A DNA stretch of 63,751 bases, filler included, from Pelomyxa schiedti (Eukaryota > Protista > Evosea), in assembly GCA_020536535.1 (NCBI GenBank). It is 6 parts of 6 records of this genome, joined end to end, with 100 filler letters (N's around TTAATTAATTAA, not from the genome) between each part and the next. Parts side by side here need not be neighbours in the genome. Positions count along the whole stretch, not along the records: positions 17,154 to 41,744 come from JAHLWZ010000449.1; 5 more parts are not named here. One strand, given 5' to 3'. The position numbers and the translations under genes are program-made. Positions 25,211 through 39,200 of the stretch are shown here, piece by piece. How positions within the stretch are numbered: the first letter of the stretch is position 1; each line of letters begins with the position of its first letter. Under the pieces are notes generated by a model that did no database searches, was not told where the DNA came from, and saw only the letters and a program-made list of their open reading frames with translations.

Positions 25211-27237
25211 ATGACCACAAGTACGGCTACTGACGGCAATTGTTTGACCATTCGTCCCATAAGTGGTGCGGTGGTGTCGGTGGGCGCAGGGGGTGTGTTG
25301 TCTGTGGACGCGTGGGAGTCCGCGTGTCGGTTGGCCGACGAATCGGTGCGGGACATGGGCCGACTGTGGCCGTTGGTGGAATCCTTCAAGGCCAATTTCG
25401 GCGCCGGTGTTACTGAGGGTACTGTTATTGAACTGCTTAACGGCTGGTCCAGTACCTTGGTCTCACTGACACTCGGGTGCACAATGGCCACGGATTCGCT
25501 GGTGGAAGCTATTTCCTCAAGGTGCCACAGGATACGAAACCTGGCGTTCCTGTGCTCTACAGGAGAGCCGGAGTGCAAGGACAAGCTCACTGATGAGTCG
25601 CTCAGGAGAATCGCAGAGGGATTCCCGGACCTGAACTCACTGGAACTCTCCTGCGCCGCTGAAATTACCGACGATGGGATATCAGCGCTATCTAGGAGAG
25701 TGACTGCGCTGAATACAATCAGATTCCCGCACTCGCTTAACATTGGTGACGCTGGAATCTCTGCACTCTCCAGAACGTGTCCGCGGTTGATACATTTTGA
25801 TGCAGAGTGGACTGAGAATCTCACTGATTCCGGGGCAACTCAACTGGCCCGGAACTGCCCCCGGCTTCAACATATCAACATAGCTTCTACTGAAAACCTC
25901 ACAGATCTAACCCTTGAAGCCGTTGGTACTAACTGCCACGATCTCCAGGTTCTTGATGTGTGCCATAGCTATGGTATCACTGACGCCGGCCTGAGAGTTT
26001 TAGTCTCAGGCTGCCCAAAGATAAGCAAGCTGGATATCGGCTACTCAGTAATAACTGATGTTGGACTAGAGTATATTGGAAACGGGCTGCATCACCTCAG
26101 CTCGCTCAATATTGTAGACAACACCTCGGTCACTGACGATGGCCTGGCCCACATATCCCGAGGGTGCCCTCTGCTAATGACCCTCAACATGACGAGGGTG
26201 TCAACAGTGACAGAGAGAGGCATTCTCCAAATCGCGCGGAACTGCCATCAGATGGAATTCTTGTGGAATGATGAGGTTCTGCTATCAGATGAAGTTATGA
26301 GCCAGGTTGCCAATTTTTGCCCCGGACTCAAGTCCATTAGCTTCCGTAGTGCTACAGGAATCACTGATGAGGGTATAATACAGCTAGCAAAGAGTTGTCC
26401 CAGGCTCGAGGAGTTAGACCTATATTCGAATACCAGTATAACCGACAGATCCGTATTGCCTTTGGCTGAAAACTGCCCGGAATTACAGGCTCTCTGTCTC
26501 CATAAGTGCCGAAACTTGACTGATGAAGCACTCTCCCATCTGGGTCGGTATTGCCACAAGCTCAAATCACTGTACTTCAAATCGCCCAACATCAGCGATG
26601 ATGGAATAAAAAGGCTTGCAGAAGGGTGCCCCTGCATTGAATACTTAACCATGGCATCGCAGAAACTGACAGATGAAGCCTTGATTCACCTAGGCCGGCA
26701 CTGCCACAATCTGAGCACGATTACCATCAAAGGGAACACGAACATGACTGATGCCGGAGTGCTACAAATTTCTCAGGAATGTCCTTTGAGATGGGGACTC
26801 TATGTTCACAAGTATGAACTTATAATAACCACTTTTTAGCAAATTGTAACATTCCTTCAGCCCCAACGTGGATGCCACTAAACTCTTTCTTGTCAACCTC
26901 CCGAACTACCTTACTGAGTCAAACCTCAACAATCTGTTCAGTACACAGGTGGGAAACTATTTAAAAAAAATTAATTTAAATTTGAAAAAAACAAAAAAAA
27001 AAAAAACAAAAAGGCAAGACAAAGCCGGCGTGACTAATCCTACTTGTAGGAAGCCCGGGTCCTGGGAATAAGCTTTGAAAATCGAGGATTTGGGTATGTA
27101 AAATTCGGTACAGTAGAGGAACTTCGAGCCGCGCAACAAGAAGCTGGCTTAAAGTGTTCAGACCTCGATGGCCGCACTGTAGCCACACAATACCCCAAAT
27201 GTACTTCTCCCAAATCACTTCATGACTTGGTGTAACT
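25211..27237 (+). CDS. Cys-containing leucine-rich-repeat protein (FBXL/AMN1-type) with a spliced C-terminal RRM; 3' end approximate
   Basis: 542 aa ORF of ITDxGLxxLxxxCPxL repeats; donor gtatga at ~26812 joins to KLFLVNLP (RNP2), then RGFGYVKF (RNP1) and LDGRTV. Confidence 0.82.
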
Positions 27238-27605
27238 ATTGTCCCCTCTACCCGCCTATAGGGAAATTCGAATCCACCTCGGAGTGCCACGAAAGGAGAA
27301 TGAGGGAACTCACAGTGGTCTGTGCCACACACCCGCGATGCGGTTCAATTGTGTAAGCGCTATTCACACCCCACATCTTCTATTAACATTATTATAAATA
27401 AGGCACTGCAGACTACCACTGCACACACTACAGATGATTGTGTATTATCTTAGGCCCGCTATCGTCCACAAATACACCTTAACAAGGTATTTGTTGCTCA
27501 AGTAAATGTTTATTTTGTAACACTCAGACATTTGTAGGTTTTACAACCCATAAAAAGGAGAATGAGGGTGGGAGTTTTCTCTTCTGCCGGCTGTGGAATT
27601 GACTG

Positions 27606-29674
27606 TTATGAGTTACTATTTGGTGGAATAGAGACGACTATTGGTTGTTCTGGTGTTTGTGCCGTTATTGGTGTAGTTGCGGGTGTTACTGTTGTTGCTG
27701 ATGGCTCGGCTGCCTGTGATGCACTTGTGCTTGTTGTTGTTGATTGGTTTGTTGGTTCCGGTTGTGTTGTTTGGGGTTGTGCTGGAGTGGGTGCCGGTGT
27801 GGCTGCAGTGGATGCTGTGTTTGTTGTGTCGGGAGCCGGAGTTGAAGATGCTACAGCTGTGGCAGGAGGCTGCTGTGAAGGTGGTTGGGCTGCTGGTGTT
27901 GATGTGGATGTGGATAATGGCGGGGTTTGTGTTGCGGGTGTTGTGGTGGTGACTGGGGGATAGGGAGTTGGTGTTGTTTGATCGGTGGGGTACGGAGGTT
28001 GTGGTGTAGGTGGGTAAGGATAGGGATAAGGGTACCCTGAATACGACGGGTATGGATACGGGTACTGTGCTGGAGGCTGGCCTGGAGAGGCTGGAGTACC
28101 AGGAGTGGTGGGTGGAGGGTATGGATAAGGGTATGGGTACGGGTAGGGGTATGGATAGTATGGATAGGGCTGACCTGGCTGCCCTGGTTGCCCGGGTTGA
28201 CCCGGCTGCCCAGGCTGTGGGAATGGCAGCTGCTGTGGATATGGGTATGGGTATGGAGTGTAAGGTTGCTGCTGTGCAGTTTGAGTTGGTGCCTGTGGTG
28301 ATGGTTGAGCCGCTGGAACAATCTTAGGTTTCAATGTGTCCTAGTCACTGTTACACTTATTACAGCCCAGAGAGTGGAATACAGGAAGGTTTGAACACTT
28401 GATAATGAGGGTTCCATTTCCTTCGCCATGGATTTGAATTCGAATCGTTGTTGATTTTACAACACTTTCCACAACTTCACTGATCGTACATGTGCACAGA
28501 CCTCTGGAAAAGACTTAGATCGGAATGCAATGAGACGTACATTTCATCATTTGAGGTAAAGCGATCCCAGTCCCATACTTTAAATGTAAAGCGATCGGTA
28601 AGATCGTTGCAGGTAAGATTAAAGCTAGGCCATGTTGGGTTGAGGTTCTATGGGTGAAGATTAATCATCTCCAATGGTAGGATTACACCATACATATTTT
28701 ATCACTTCAGATTTATGAAGAACTTTTTTCTTTGGGTCTGTACCCAACCAAATTTCGAAAAATGGATCTAAAGAGTTAAATTAATAAAAAAGGAGTCGAG
28801 ATCTACAATACCTGATAAACCAGCAACATCCATTTTAGGGAGATTTTCAGCCCTGACATCGAGTCTGTTTGAGTTGTAAGGGACAATTCAAGCCTATTCT
28901 GGTTCTGGGTATTGGATACCTCAGTACTTTTGGTCCAGAAGGAACGGCCTATTATTTGTTAGCAAAAAGTTGAGTTTCTAAATACAAACGTTATGAGAGG
29001 CAATTGTAGCAACAAGGTAAAAAACTTGGCCAGATGTTGAACGCCTGCGTTATGTTAGGGCCTTTTCGTATCAAGTTAAGGTACATCGTTGCAGTGTAGC
29101 GCTTCACTGGGGCGGTTTGTATATCTCGAAAATTGCACTCCTTGGTTTTGTAAGCAAGGCAATTAAAGTGAACTAGCGCACATGCGATGATAGGACAGCT
29201 TTAGTTCCTTGCCGAACTCCAAAAACGGAGAACCTATGGGAGTTACGAGTAGAAAGTGGAAAGGGGGATTGTCGAATACTTCAAGGAAATATGGGGGGCA
29301 AGGCCAGACAGTGCAATCATTTTCACATAGACAGGATGTCGCCCACTTGATACCAAATAAGAAACATTCAAGTCGAATATGTGTTTCCATACACTTGATT
29401 GTCAGTTGTTGCTAATTCAGCCCATTTCTCACTCACTCCATTTCTACTTTCAACAAGCACACAAGACGATGCCTCATTTTGGAATGGCAACGAACTGGCG
29501 ATGCAATTAGAGTCTTCATGCAACAACAAGTCGAGGAGAAAAAATAAGGAGTTGAGTGGTACTGTTTGTCACACACTTGCACCAAACGAGCAAACAGTCG
29601 GACGGCTGTGTAGCCCCCGTACCACTACTAGTTGCCGCTGTCGCATTTCCGGTAGATCCACCGAACCCCGACAT
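27606..29674 (-). CDS. C2-domain protein with Pro/Tyr/Gln-rich and Thr-rich C-terminal tail, multi-exon; start approximate
   Basis: KMDVAGLSDPFFEI...KSEVIK...NLNPTW...FKVWDWDRFTSNDE (copine-type C2 with Ca-binding Asp residues); PYPYPY and QPGQPG repeats. Confidence 0.78.
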
Positions 29675-29889
29675 CGTCCCACACAACAGCGATTAGAAAT
29701 TGAAAATAAAGGGAGAGAATCGAAATTGCCGGAACAAACGAAAAACATAAGCCAACAAAAAAACAAAGGAACCGGCAGGCAAGTGATGTCTAACTCTTTA
29801 CCGGTTGGGGGGTACCGCACGGCGACACTTATTTTTAAATTAAAATAGGCAAGTGGGAGATCTTAGCGTCGGGTGTGAAGCATAACAAC

Positions 29890-31569
29890 ATGGTGGATCC
29901 AGTATCGGCTACTATTAGTGCCTGCACTCTCACACTCCAGGCCGTCATATTTGTTAAGAAATTGTACGACTCTAACTCGGCAATACCGGGGGTACGTTCC
30001 TTTTCTTTCTTTCTTTTTTGTGGTGGGTTATTATGCAACAATTTTACGTTCTAATTTATGTTTATGTTTTATTTTGTATTTTTTTTTTTTCTTCTTTTTC
30101 TGAACAAACCTCAAGACCCTCGACGAGTTGTCTGCAATCAGTCAGACCATATTTGACACGATCACGCCAATCAGAGACACAAATGAATCACTGAATGCGT
30201 GTCTATCTATGATAGACCGTGAACTCATGACCGCGAACCGCATTCTCGAGTCCCTCAAACACAAAAGCAAAAAGGTTGACAAAACTCAGCAATTTAGTCT
30301 TACGTGGTGCAGTTCTTCTTTAACCCCAACGGCACACTTGCCAAAGTGCATGAATGTACAACTAAGCTTAAGGAAGCCTTTGATTTGCTCGTTTCGGCAC
30401 AAAAGTTAGCTGAAGGGCAACATATCAACTCAAATCTCATTATCACCGACCCGGTGTGCATGTTTTGTAAAATATTCCTCTCATGCAAACATATATAAAA
30501 TAGACTGCTAAAAGATTTTGGGCTACTTGTATTGGCGAAAATACGTACCACCCTGTTAAACCTATATATTTTTTGAAAAATCCCTAGTTTGGTTGTAAAA
30601 TACGATACATTCTGTGCAGCCTTGAAGACATTTATGTCTTTAACCCCTGCCCAGTTTTCCCGCCTCGGAGGACGTATGTAAATGTTTGTTAGTGCAGCAC
30701 TAAATTTTGTCAATGCAGGGCCCGCTTCTGCCACGATGAATGTTCACTTGTTCCATGATCTTACACAAAAGAAACGCCTTGAGGGTTTGATTGAACTTCT
30801 CGCCTACTGTAACCCCTTTGTTGACCCGGTGGCACCGTCAGCAAAAATGCCCGTCGTTGTCAACCCGGAGGGCCTACCAGCCCTTCACGAATCGGTACCA
30901 TGTTCTCTTTAAATTCTTATTTCTGACTCCGCTATTATGCAAGGTCAAATCACTCAACAGGCAAGTTAATTGGACAGGAGCTAGTGCTGACAAAGCTAAC
31001 TCCGTTAATAAGTACTTTTTCATAATGTGCGATGCGGGTGGAGTTCTGGATGTCTTTGGTAACTAGAATTGCCTCTCTTTAGTTACTCAAGTTATCTTAG
31101 AGCAGTCAAACAGGCCAGGGTACCCCGTCATGATGCTTCCATTCACTGGCGCTGCCTCTCAAAAGTGGAAGTTTGATAAATATGGTTGTATCTGCAACCT
31201 GAATAGCGGGTTGGTCCTGGATGTGGACTCCAACTCCGGATCTCTACCAAGGGTCATTCAGTGGCCCCGCCATGGCGGCCCCAACCAGAAGTGGAAACTG
31301 GGTCTGGTACATGAACGACTCCACACTTTTCTCCTTTTCTGATATCTAAAATGTAGGACCGCTCACTCCGCGTTGAAATCATGCCAGACAAGTGCATGGA
31401 CATCGACCGCGGGTCTTCCTGTGCTACCGTGTACACCTGGAGGGGCAACAGGCAAAACCAGATGTTCCGGCTCGTCTCTGAGGTCATGCCGCCCACACCC
31501 GCCCACTCATCCCGAGGAGCAACCGCTGCTACTGCGACAACTACCCCAACAACCCCCTCACGCTCCTGA
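29890..31569 (+). CDS. Protein with MLKL/Cbl-N-like helical N-terminal domain, Cbl-type EF-hand-like segment and C-terminal ricin-B lectin domain; multi-exon
   Basis: MVDPVSATISACTLTLQAVIFVKKLY; IITDP-TAKRFWATCIGEN-SLVVKYDTFCAAL; QKWKF, GLVLDV, VIQWPRHGGPNQKW, KCMDI, NQMF (QxW repeats). Confidence 0.75.
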
Positions 31570-31865
31570 TGGCCCAGTCGCATAAAAACTATCTTACCTA
31601 ACTTAACAAACAAACAGACAAACAAAAAGAGTCTTGGTGCTTCATGACCCTCAGCTACGTGCTTGTGTGCTTCTCATCCCACACGGCACCTCAGTTTTTC
31701 TTTTTGTTAGAGAGGCGGTAGTTTGATCATTGGATCTGCGTTAAATTTGGTTTATTGGAATCAACGTGAGAACGAAACTTCGCCAAACGGAAAAAAAAAA
31801 GGCAAACCTAAAAAACAACGTAACGCACCGCACGACCGGATAAGCGACACAATTTTGATCTGAAG

Positions 31866-34800
31866 ATGGCCATGTTGAACCCCACTATGACCCGCAAGCA
31901 AGTGAAGGATCAAGACATCCTTCACAAGCAGTTGGAAGTAAAAACTCTTGCTTTTTTTTTCCCGTTTTTTTCATTTTTATGAGCTAAGCTTCTGTAATAG
32001 ACTAGAGACTGGATTCAAAGGGTTCTTGGTGAGAAGTTACCTGGGAAGGACGGTGACGACCTTCATGACGCTCTCAAGGACGGAGTGGTAAGCGATTTAT
32101 TTGGTTTCTCTATGTGTCGCCTGTGTGACTCTAGACAGGCCCTCTGTGAGCTCGCTAATAAGATGTTTGCCAACTGCATCGCCAGGTTCCACCCACACGA
32201 CGCTCTTCCTTTCCAACACCGCGAGAACATCCACTTCTTCATCGAAATTTGCCGCAAGGTAATACTAGTCGGTTTTATATTTTCTATGTTCTGACATGCC
32301 TCAGTTGGGACTTCCAGAGGCCGCTATCTTCCAGGTTGAAGACCTCTATTCTTGCCGCAAGATGGCAAACGTGTACGCCACTCTTTTCACACTTGCTGAG
32401 ATGGCTGGAGCAAAAGGTTTCCCCATTAAATGGATCAAGGTGGCAGATGAGGCCAGAGTTGGAATGAAGATGTCCTCTGGGGCAGCTATTTCTTGGGATG
32501 GTATTGACGTCGATATCAAGTACCGTTGTAATTCTGTGTAGGAATGGATGCTGCGGCTCCAAAGAAAGTTGCACTTGCGAAGCCTGATACTTCTTCTGTA
32601 CCCAATCTAAGAACATCTGCTCCAAAGGCCCCTTCTCCTCCTCCTTCAACCCCAGTAGCTACACCCCCCGCTACCACGCCGGCCTCCACTCCCACTCCCA
32701 CTCCCACTCCCGCCCCCAGAAAGCCCGTGACCCCTGAGGAACGTCTCAGGGTACATTTTTATTGGAATTTTTCGTATTCTCACGTAATTCAAGGCTTTGG
32801 AAGCCTTCCTTGCCAAGCAACCAAATCCTGAGAATGTTAGTGCAATTCACTTTGCTGTACAAAATGAACAAACAGGTTATATCCAGTGTAACCTTACCAA
32901 ACCTGCCATTGACGTATTCTAGCTGACATCGTTGACCTTATCATTAAGACTCGCAAAGGTGACCTCGCCCTTACAACGGCCGCTGGATACACACCTCTTC
33001 ATCTAGCCGTTATGCACTCCATGCCAGCGTATGTTTCTCGCTTGATTTATTAAAGTAACGATCTTCTACAGTTATGTAGAAAAACTCGTTGCTGCTGGGT
33101 GTGACATTAATGCAGTTTCTGCTGACGGAGTACTCTCACCTCTCACCAACACCTTCCTAACTGTAAAAGGATACCCCACTGCATCTTGCTGTTGAAAGAA
33201 CCGATGACGCAATCATTAACACCCTTCTAAATGCTCATGCCACCCTCAACGTACAGAATAAAGATGGTTCGCACTTTTCTAGTGTTTCAATTGCGTGAAC
33301 TTCCATGTAGGGCGCACTCCTTTGCATGTTGCAATTACTGATGGCAGTGAGGATACAGTTAAAAAACTCATGGGTGCCGGTGCTTCACTTGCTGCGGCAG
33401 ATAAACTGGTAATCGTCAAAGAAACCAACAAATAAGCCTTATGCGTTGCAGGGAAATACTCCGCTGCATCTGGCCTGCTCCGTACCTCTTACCCCACCAA
33501 CCATCAAACTCATGGTAGATAAAGGAGCAGATCCACGAGCGGTAATGCCATTAGATACGCCAATGAAGTACCTAATTCCATGTAGGTGAATAAAGATGGA
33601 AACCTTCCCATGCACGTTGCTGCCGAGACTGGAGATGCCGCTGTATGCCTGGGTGCTGGTTTCCAACTTTTTAAACCTTTTCTAGGTCTTGGACATTCTT
33701 TCCAAGGTAACTGAGAAGACATCTCTGAACCAAATCAACAAGGCTGGTAACACTGCATTGCACGTCGCAACTCTGAGGTAGGCAAGCAGACTTTGTTCAC
33801 TATTAATCACTGCAGGGGATCAAAATCGATTGCACAAAAACTTATTGCTATTGGAGCAGATCCCAATGTAAAGAATGCTGAGAACTCCACTGCTCTGCAA
33901 CTTGCCGGTTTTTTTCCCTCCCCTTTAGTAAGTTAACCTGACTTCAAAATAGTGGATGGGGATAGCACTGATATGGTGGATGTTTTACTTAGCACTTCTT
34001 CCATCGACTTGAACACCAAAAACAATGAGGGAAAGTGAGTGTGTTGCTGTGGTGTTTTAGAGATTAACATTATCTCGCAGAACACCGCTGTACACAGCCG
34101 CTTGGAGAGGCAATGTAATTTCCGTGCGGTCACTTATTGGTGGTGGTGCCAATGTGAACATCAAGAATAAAGATGTATGTTAACACCCTTACTTTTTCTT
34201 CTTTTTGATTCTTTCCTAGGGATGGTCACCAATGCATGCCGCGTGCGGCAATGGGCATTTGGAAGTAGTGAAAGAACTTGTGACAGCTCACGCCGAAGTT
34301 AATGTGCAGGATAACCAAGGGACAACACCTCTCTACCACGCCTGTGATAACATGAAGGTTGCTGTGGCTGAGTACCTACTCACCGTTGCCGGAATAGATC
34401 CAAATATTTCTGCCAAAGACTGCTGGAAGCCAATTCGTATCCCCTCCCCTCCTCTTTTTTCTTTTTTTTTTTTTTCACCACTGTTTACAGATGCTGCTGC
34501 TAGAAGAGGGCTTGTTAACATCACCAAGACCATTCTGACTCGACACAGACCAGACCTCCGCGCCACAGTAAAGGAGTGTCAACAGTAAGGCGACCAAATA
34601 GAAGCCAATCCTCTCACAAAACACTAGGTATAACGTACTTCACTTAGTTGTGATGGCAAGCCAAACCCCAAGGTCCGTTATCAATTCCCCTTAGTGAAAC
34701 ATACTTACCCAGAGAATAGCATTGAAATGCTTCAACTTTTGGTTACCTCCGGTGCCGATGTCAACCAACAAAATGAGAATGGCATGACCCCACTTCACTT

Positions 34801-35166
34801 GGCCTGCTGCGTTGATGTTAAGCCCGCCATTACCTTCCTTGTAGAAACAGCAAGGGTAAAAACCCCTTTCCGAATCCGATTTTATCCTCAAACATACACT
34901 TAGGCAAGATTGGACATCAAGAACAACAACGGAAGGCGCCCGCTTGAAGTATCATGCTACTATGGTTTTGAAGAGACCGCGGTACCTACCTCCACAACAA
35001 ACAAAAGAAACCCCAACATCTAACAGCCAAAAAGAAATACCTCGCCACCAAGATGGGGAAGAAGAAGCCCCCAAAAATCGAGAAGCACAGACTTGCTGCC
35101 AAGTCCATGGACGAAGTACAACCCTCGGCACCACCCACACCAGAGGAATTCGAAAAGCACTCTTAG
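31866..35166 (+). CDS. Calponin-homology domain + ankyrin-repeat protein, many exons
   Basis: WIQRVLGE...LHDALKDGV-ALCELANK...ENIHFFIEICRK-LGL...FQVEDLY (CH); repeated GxTPLHLA ankyrin motifs; Pro/Thr linker. Confidence 0.88.
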
Positions 35167-35422
35167 AGTAAAATCAAAAACATTTGAGTGTGAAACGTTA
35201 TTCTTGCGATCTGATATCTGGTTTTTCTATTCTAATGCAACTGCCCGTTAGTTTGAATCGGGTCGGCCTGAAATCTCATTCATTTAACGCTGAGAAGCCT
35301 ATTTAAACCCGGCCAACGAACAAACAACAACAACTAAAAAAAAATAAAAAGCCAAGCGACAGCAACACACCGGCAATAAAAAAAACCAACAAACCAACCA
35401 CCGACCGTACCATAATCCCTAA

Positions 35423-36113
35423 ATGCAAGCAATCAAGTGCGTCGTAGTCGGAGATGGAGCCGTTGGCAAGACATGCCTGTTGATCAGCTACACAACAAAC
35501 GCCTTCCCCACTGAATACATCCCCACCGTGTTCGACAACTACAGCGCCAATGTGATGGTCGACGGAAAGCCCGTCAACTTAGGCTTGTGGGATACCGCCG
35601 GCCAGGAGGACTACGATCGCCTCGTACGTTTTTTCTTCCCTACTACCTATGCCACTGCAGACTTCAATAAATTAAACCAAAACAAAACAATAAGCAACAT
35701 ATCTCCCATCAATTACTTACCAATATCCACAGAGGCCACTTTCCTACCCACAGACTGATGTTTTCCTTGTTGCATTCTCTGTGATCAGCCCACCGTCTTA
35801 CGAGAACGTGAGCAGCAAGTGGTACCCAGAGATATCCCATCATTGCCCCAAGACCCCGTGCCTCCTGGTCGGCACAAAGACCGATCTCCGCGACGACCGA
35901 GAGGCCCGCGAGCGCGCAAAGATCAAGGCCACTCCCATAACCTACGAGCAGGGAATCGCCAAGGCCAAGGAGATAAACGCCGTAAAGTACATGGAGTGCT
36001 CTGCCCTGACCCAGAAGGGCCTCAAGGAAGTTTTCGACGAGGCCATCAGGTGTGTCATCGCACCCCCAGTCAAGACCGCCGCAAAGAAGAAGGGCGGTTG
36101 CAACCTCCTCTAA
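35423..36113 (+). CDS. rac1: Rac-family small GTPase, one intron 35624-35732
   Basis: [64 protein letters not shown], polybasic KKK + CaaX CNLL; exact ortholog not resolvable. Confidence 0.95.
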
Positions 36114-36265
36114 ATCTGGGTGATGGGATGCCACTGCCGGCAGATCACTTATCGCCTACTTATCTACCCAACAACTACAAAGCATGCTTTGTAGTTGCAA
36201 AATCCAATAAATTTTGTGTATGATTTTTTTTTAATTCCGCGCTTTCTATTTGTTTTCGGTACTAT

Positions 36266-39200
36266 TCAGTGCGTGGTCCTTTTAGACTTATAGTACCTCT
36301 TTTTCTTGTTCTTGCCATGAAGTAGAGCAGGGTGATGTTGTGGTGGGGGTGTAAGTGACCTTGTTGTACTTGTTATTGCTGTTGTTGGTGATGTGGGAGT
36401 GCTGGCTGTTGATGAAGATGTTGTTGGTAGATGGAATAGCATTTTGAGGTCGTCTATTCTGAGTTGTTGTTGGGGGTCTGTGGTTGTTGTGGGTGCGAGT
36501 GCGTTTTGTTGCATTGCTATTTTGTGTTGCTGGAGTTGGAGCATTGATTCTTCTATAGTATTGTGAACAATGANNNNNNNNNNNNNNNNNNNNNNNNNNN
36601 NNNNNNNNNNNNNNNNNNNNNNNNNNNNNNNNNNNNNNNNNNNNNNNNNNNNNNNNNNNNNNNNNNNNNNNNNTCTATTCTGAGTTGTTGTTGGGGGTCT
36701 GTGGTTGTTGTGGGTGCGAGTGCGTTTTGTTGCATTGCTATTTTGTGTTGCTGGAGTTGGAGCATTGATTCTTCTATAGTATTGTGAACAATGAACCGGC
36801 GGATGAAAACCTTGTGAATATGTGAACTTTTGGGAAGTATTTTGATAATAATATAAGTAATACTCGATGTCAGGTTTAATTACCTTCTTGGTCTGTCCGA
36901 TTCTGTGTATCCGGTTGATGGCTTGTTCTTCTACAGCGGGATTCCACCACTGCAGAAGTGGTGAGTATGTGTGTATGTGTTGGTTAGGAAATACCGGATC
37001 AATTAAGAAGACGTGAGAGGCACTTGTGAGGTTCAGTCCAACACCTCCCGCTCTCAGAGATATCAACAGAACAGCAGAGCACTTGCATTGCGCGAACTGG
37101 GATAATACCAATTCACGGGCATGTTGCGTGAGTGATCCGTCAAAGCGTAGCCGTATAAGTTCTGGCTTCTTGAGGGAAGAGGTGGATGTGGAACTGACCG
37201 CTGATGAGGTAGGAGCCTCTTGCACTGAAGTCTGGGTACTGCTCTTATTATCAGGGGAGCGCTCTTTGGCTATGGAAATATCTTCAGGTTCTTCTGCGGC
37301 CAGCATTCGGTCCAGTGCCACTTCAATGAGGTCGAGCATGCTGGTCCATTGAGAAAAAACAACGCACTATTGGGTTTTCAGGTAAGAGAAGCAACACAGG
37401 AGACCAACGCACTTTTTCTGACTTCTCTCGACACTTCTGAACTTCATGGAGTAGAGCCTCTATCTTAGCCGAAGATATCCACTTCTCCTTTATATCAAGG
37501 CTAAATCGGCTGGCTCTAAAAGTGAAGTTAGTGTTGCGTTGGATACAGTTCATACCTGGGAACTGTATGGATTTCTTCCTTGGTGAAGCTTTCTCGGCAC
37601 ACGGGGCAGAAAGCTGAGTTAACACTACGTTTACCTATTGTTTTTAAAAAATAACTTAGTTAAATGCCAAGTAGCCAGAATCATACCGAAAATGAAAAGT
37701 CCGTTGACGCACAATCTACAGAAAATGTGGAGACACGGAACTATGACGGCATCTTCAACGACTTCCAGGCAAATAGGGCACGGTTCAGTTATTTTCTAGT
37801 AAGAGATTACTACAAAAACCAGAAGATGGTTTGGTTGCAAACCTTTCCGCTTTTGACTTCGGATTCAACCTGGGACGCAAAATTTAGGGAAGCTGCGTCA
37901 TCTGTTGCACTGAAAATGGGTCAGATTGGTACTGACTGAAGTGGACACACAGTTTTGAATCGAAATTTCTCAGAAGTTTGTTTAACTCAGTGAAGGTTGT
38001 AGCATCTCCCCTCGCTTGTGTGAGGAAGGGATGGTCGCAACACTGTCGAAGGCGAAGTACAAGCTCGAGTATGCTCATATAATTTTGCAATGCTGTTCCT
38101 GCACACATTTATTTGTATGCATACGAATGAACTCTTAACCATACATCATTACCTGCAGCAACGAAGGCAGCAAACTTGGTTTTAGAACTTTCAAAGAGAG
38201 CAGAATAAAAGTCCTGCTCAGGGGACGAGAATTCTACAGTTATCGTGCTTTCATCTTTGTGGATAAGTACAAATGAATGCGAAAAGATACTCAGACCTTT
38301 TTCAGGGAGTTCAACGATTGGCCGACCATCAATATCTTGCATGTTTTTCGTTCGCCGCAACAAAACAGGTTGCAGGAGGCACTGGAAAGTGTTATAAATA
38401 GAGAAAAGATGAGCTGAAAACCTGGACAACGGATAACACTGAAGTATCATGAAAGTCTAAAAGAGGCCGACTAATTTTTTCCTTCCACATTGGTAAATAG
38501 CACCAAGGTTCCTGTAAAAAGCGGTAAACAAATGAAAAGAGAGATTGCCGGGGCACACCAACCTAGGGAAAATAGTAAGAACAGTTTAAAAACAAGTGAG
38601 GGACAAACTGAATGAACTTCAGAAGATTGTAAAGATCGTCCACGGAGTTTTGAAGGGGTGTGCCAGTCACACACCATGAATACTTTCTTTTCAGTGAAAA
38701 TACAGCTTTTGCTGTTTGTGTGTTGAGCCCCTGGCGAAATTAGGTTCAAAAAGGGATTGAGTTTTCACTTTGATTAAATGAGCTTCATCTAGTATAACCC
38801 TATGCCTGTGGTAGTGTTTCAGTATTTAGGCGGAGAAGTCTATTGGGAGCACACCACGTGACATCAAACAGAGTGTGTTTGGAGGGTGTCTCATTGTGTA
38901 TTCCATGATCAGATAAAATAACGCCTGCAGTAATTTCCCTTAGAAAATGAATGTGACAGGCTAGTTGGACCGTAAGTTGTGATGACTACATCATAATTTG
39001 ATAGCGAGCTAGAATCTCGGTTGTTGTAGTAAATTGTGTATCTACAAGTATGAGGTTTACATTGAGGCAACGTCCCTTACGTAAGTTCTGATTGGTCAAT
39101 GTGTGTTTCAATCTCACCACACCACTGCGAGAGGAGTGACAGAGGACAAACAACAAGTGAAGGATGAACCCCAACGAGTTTTCGTGCAGCGGGCCCTCTT

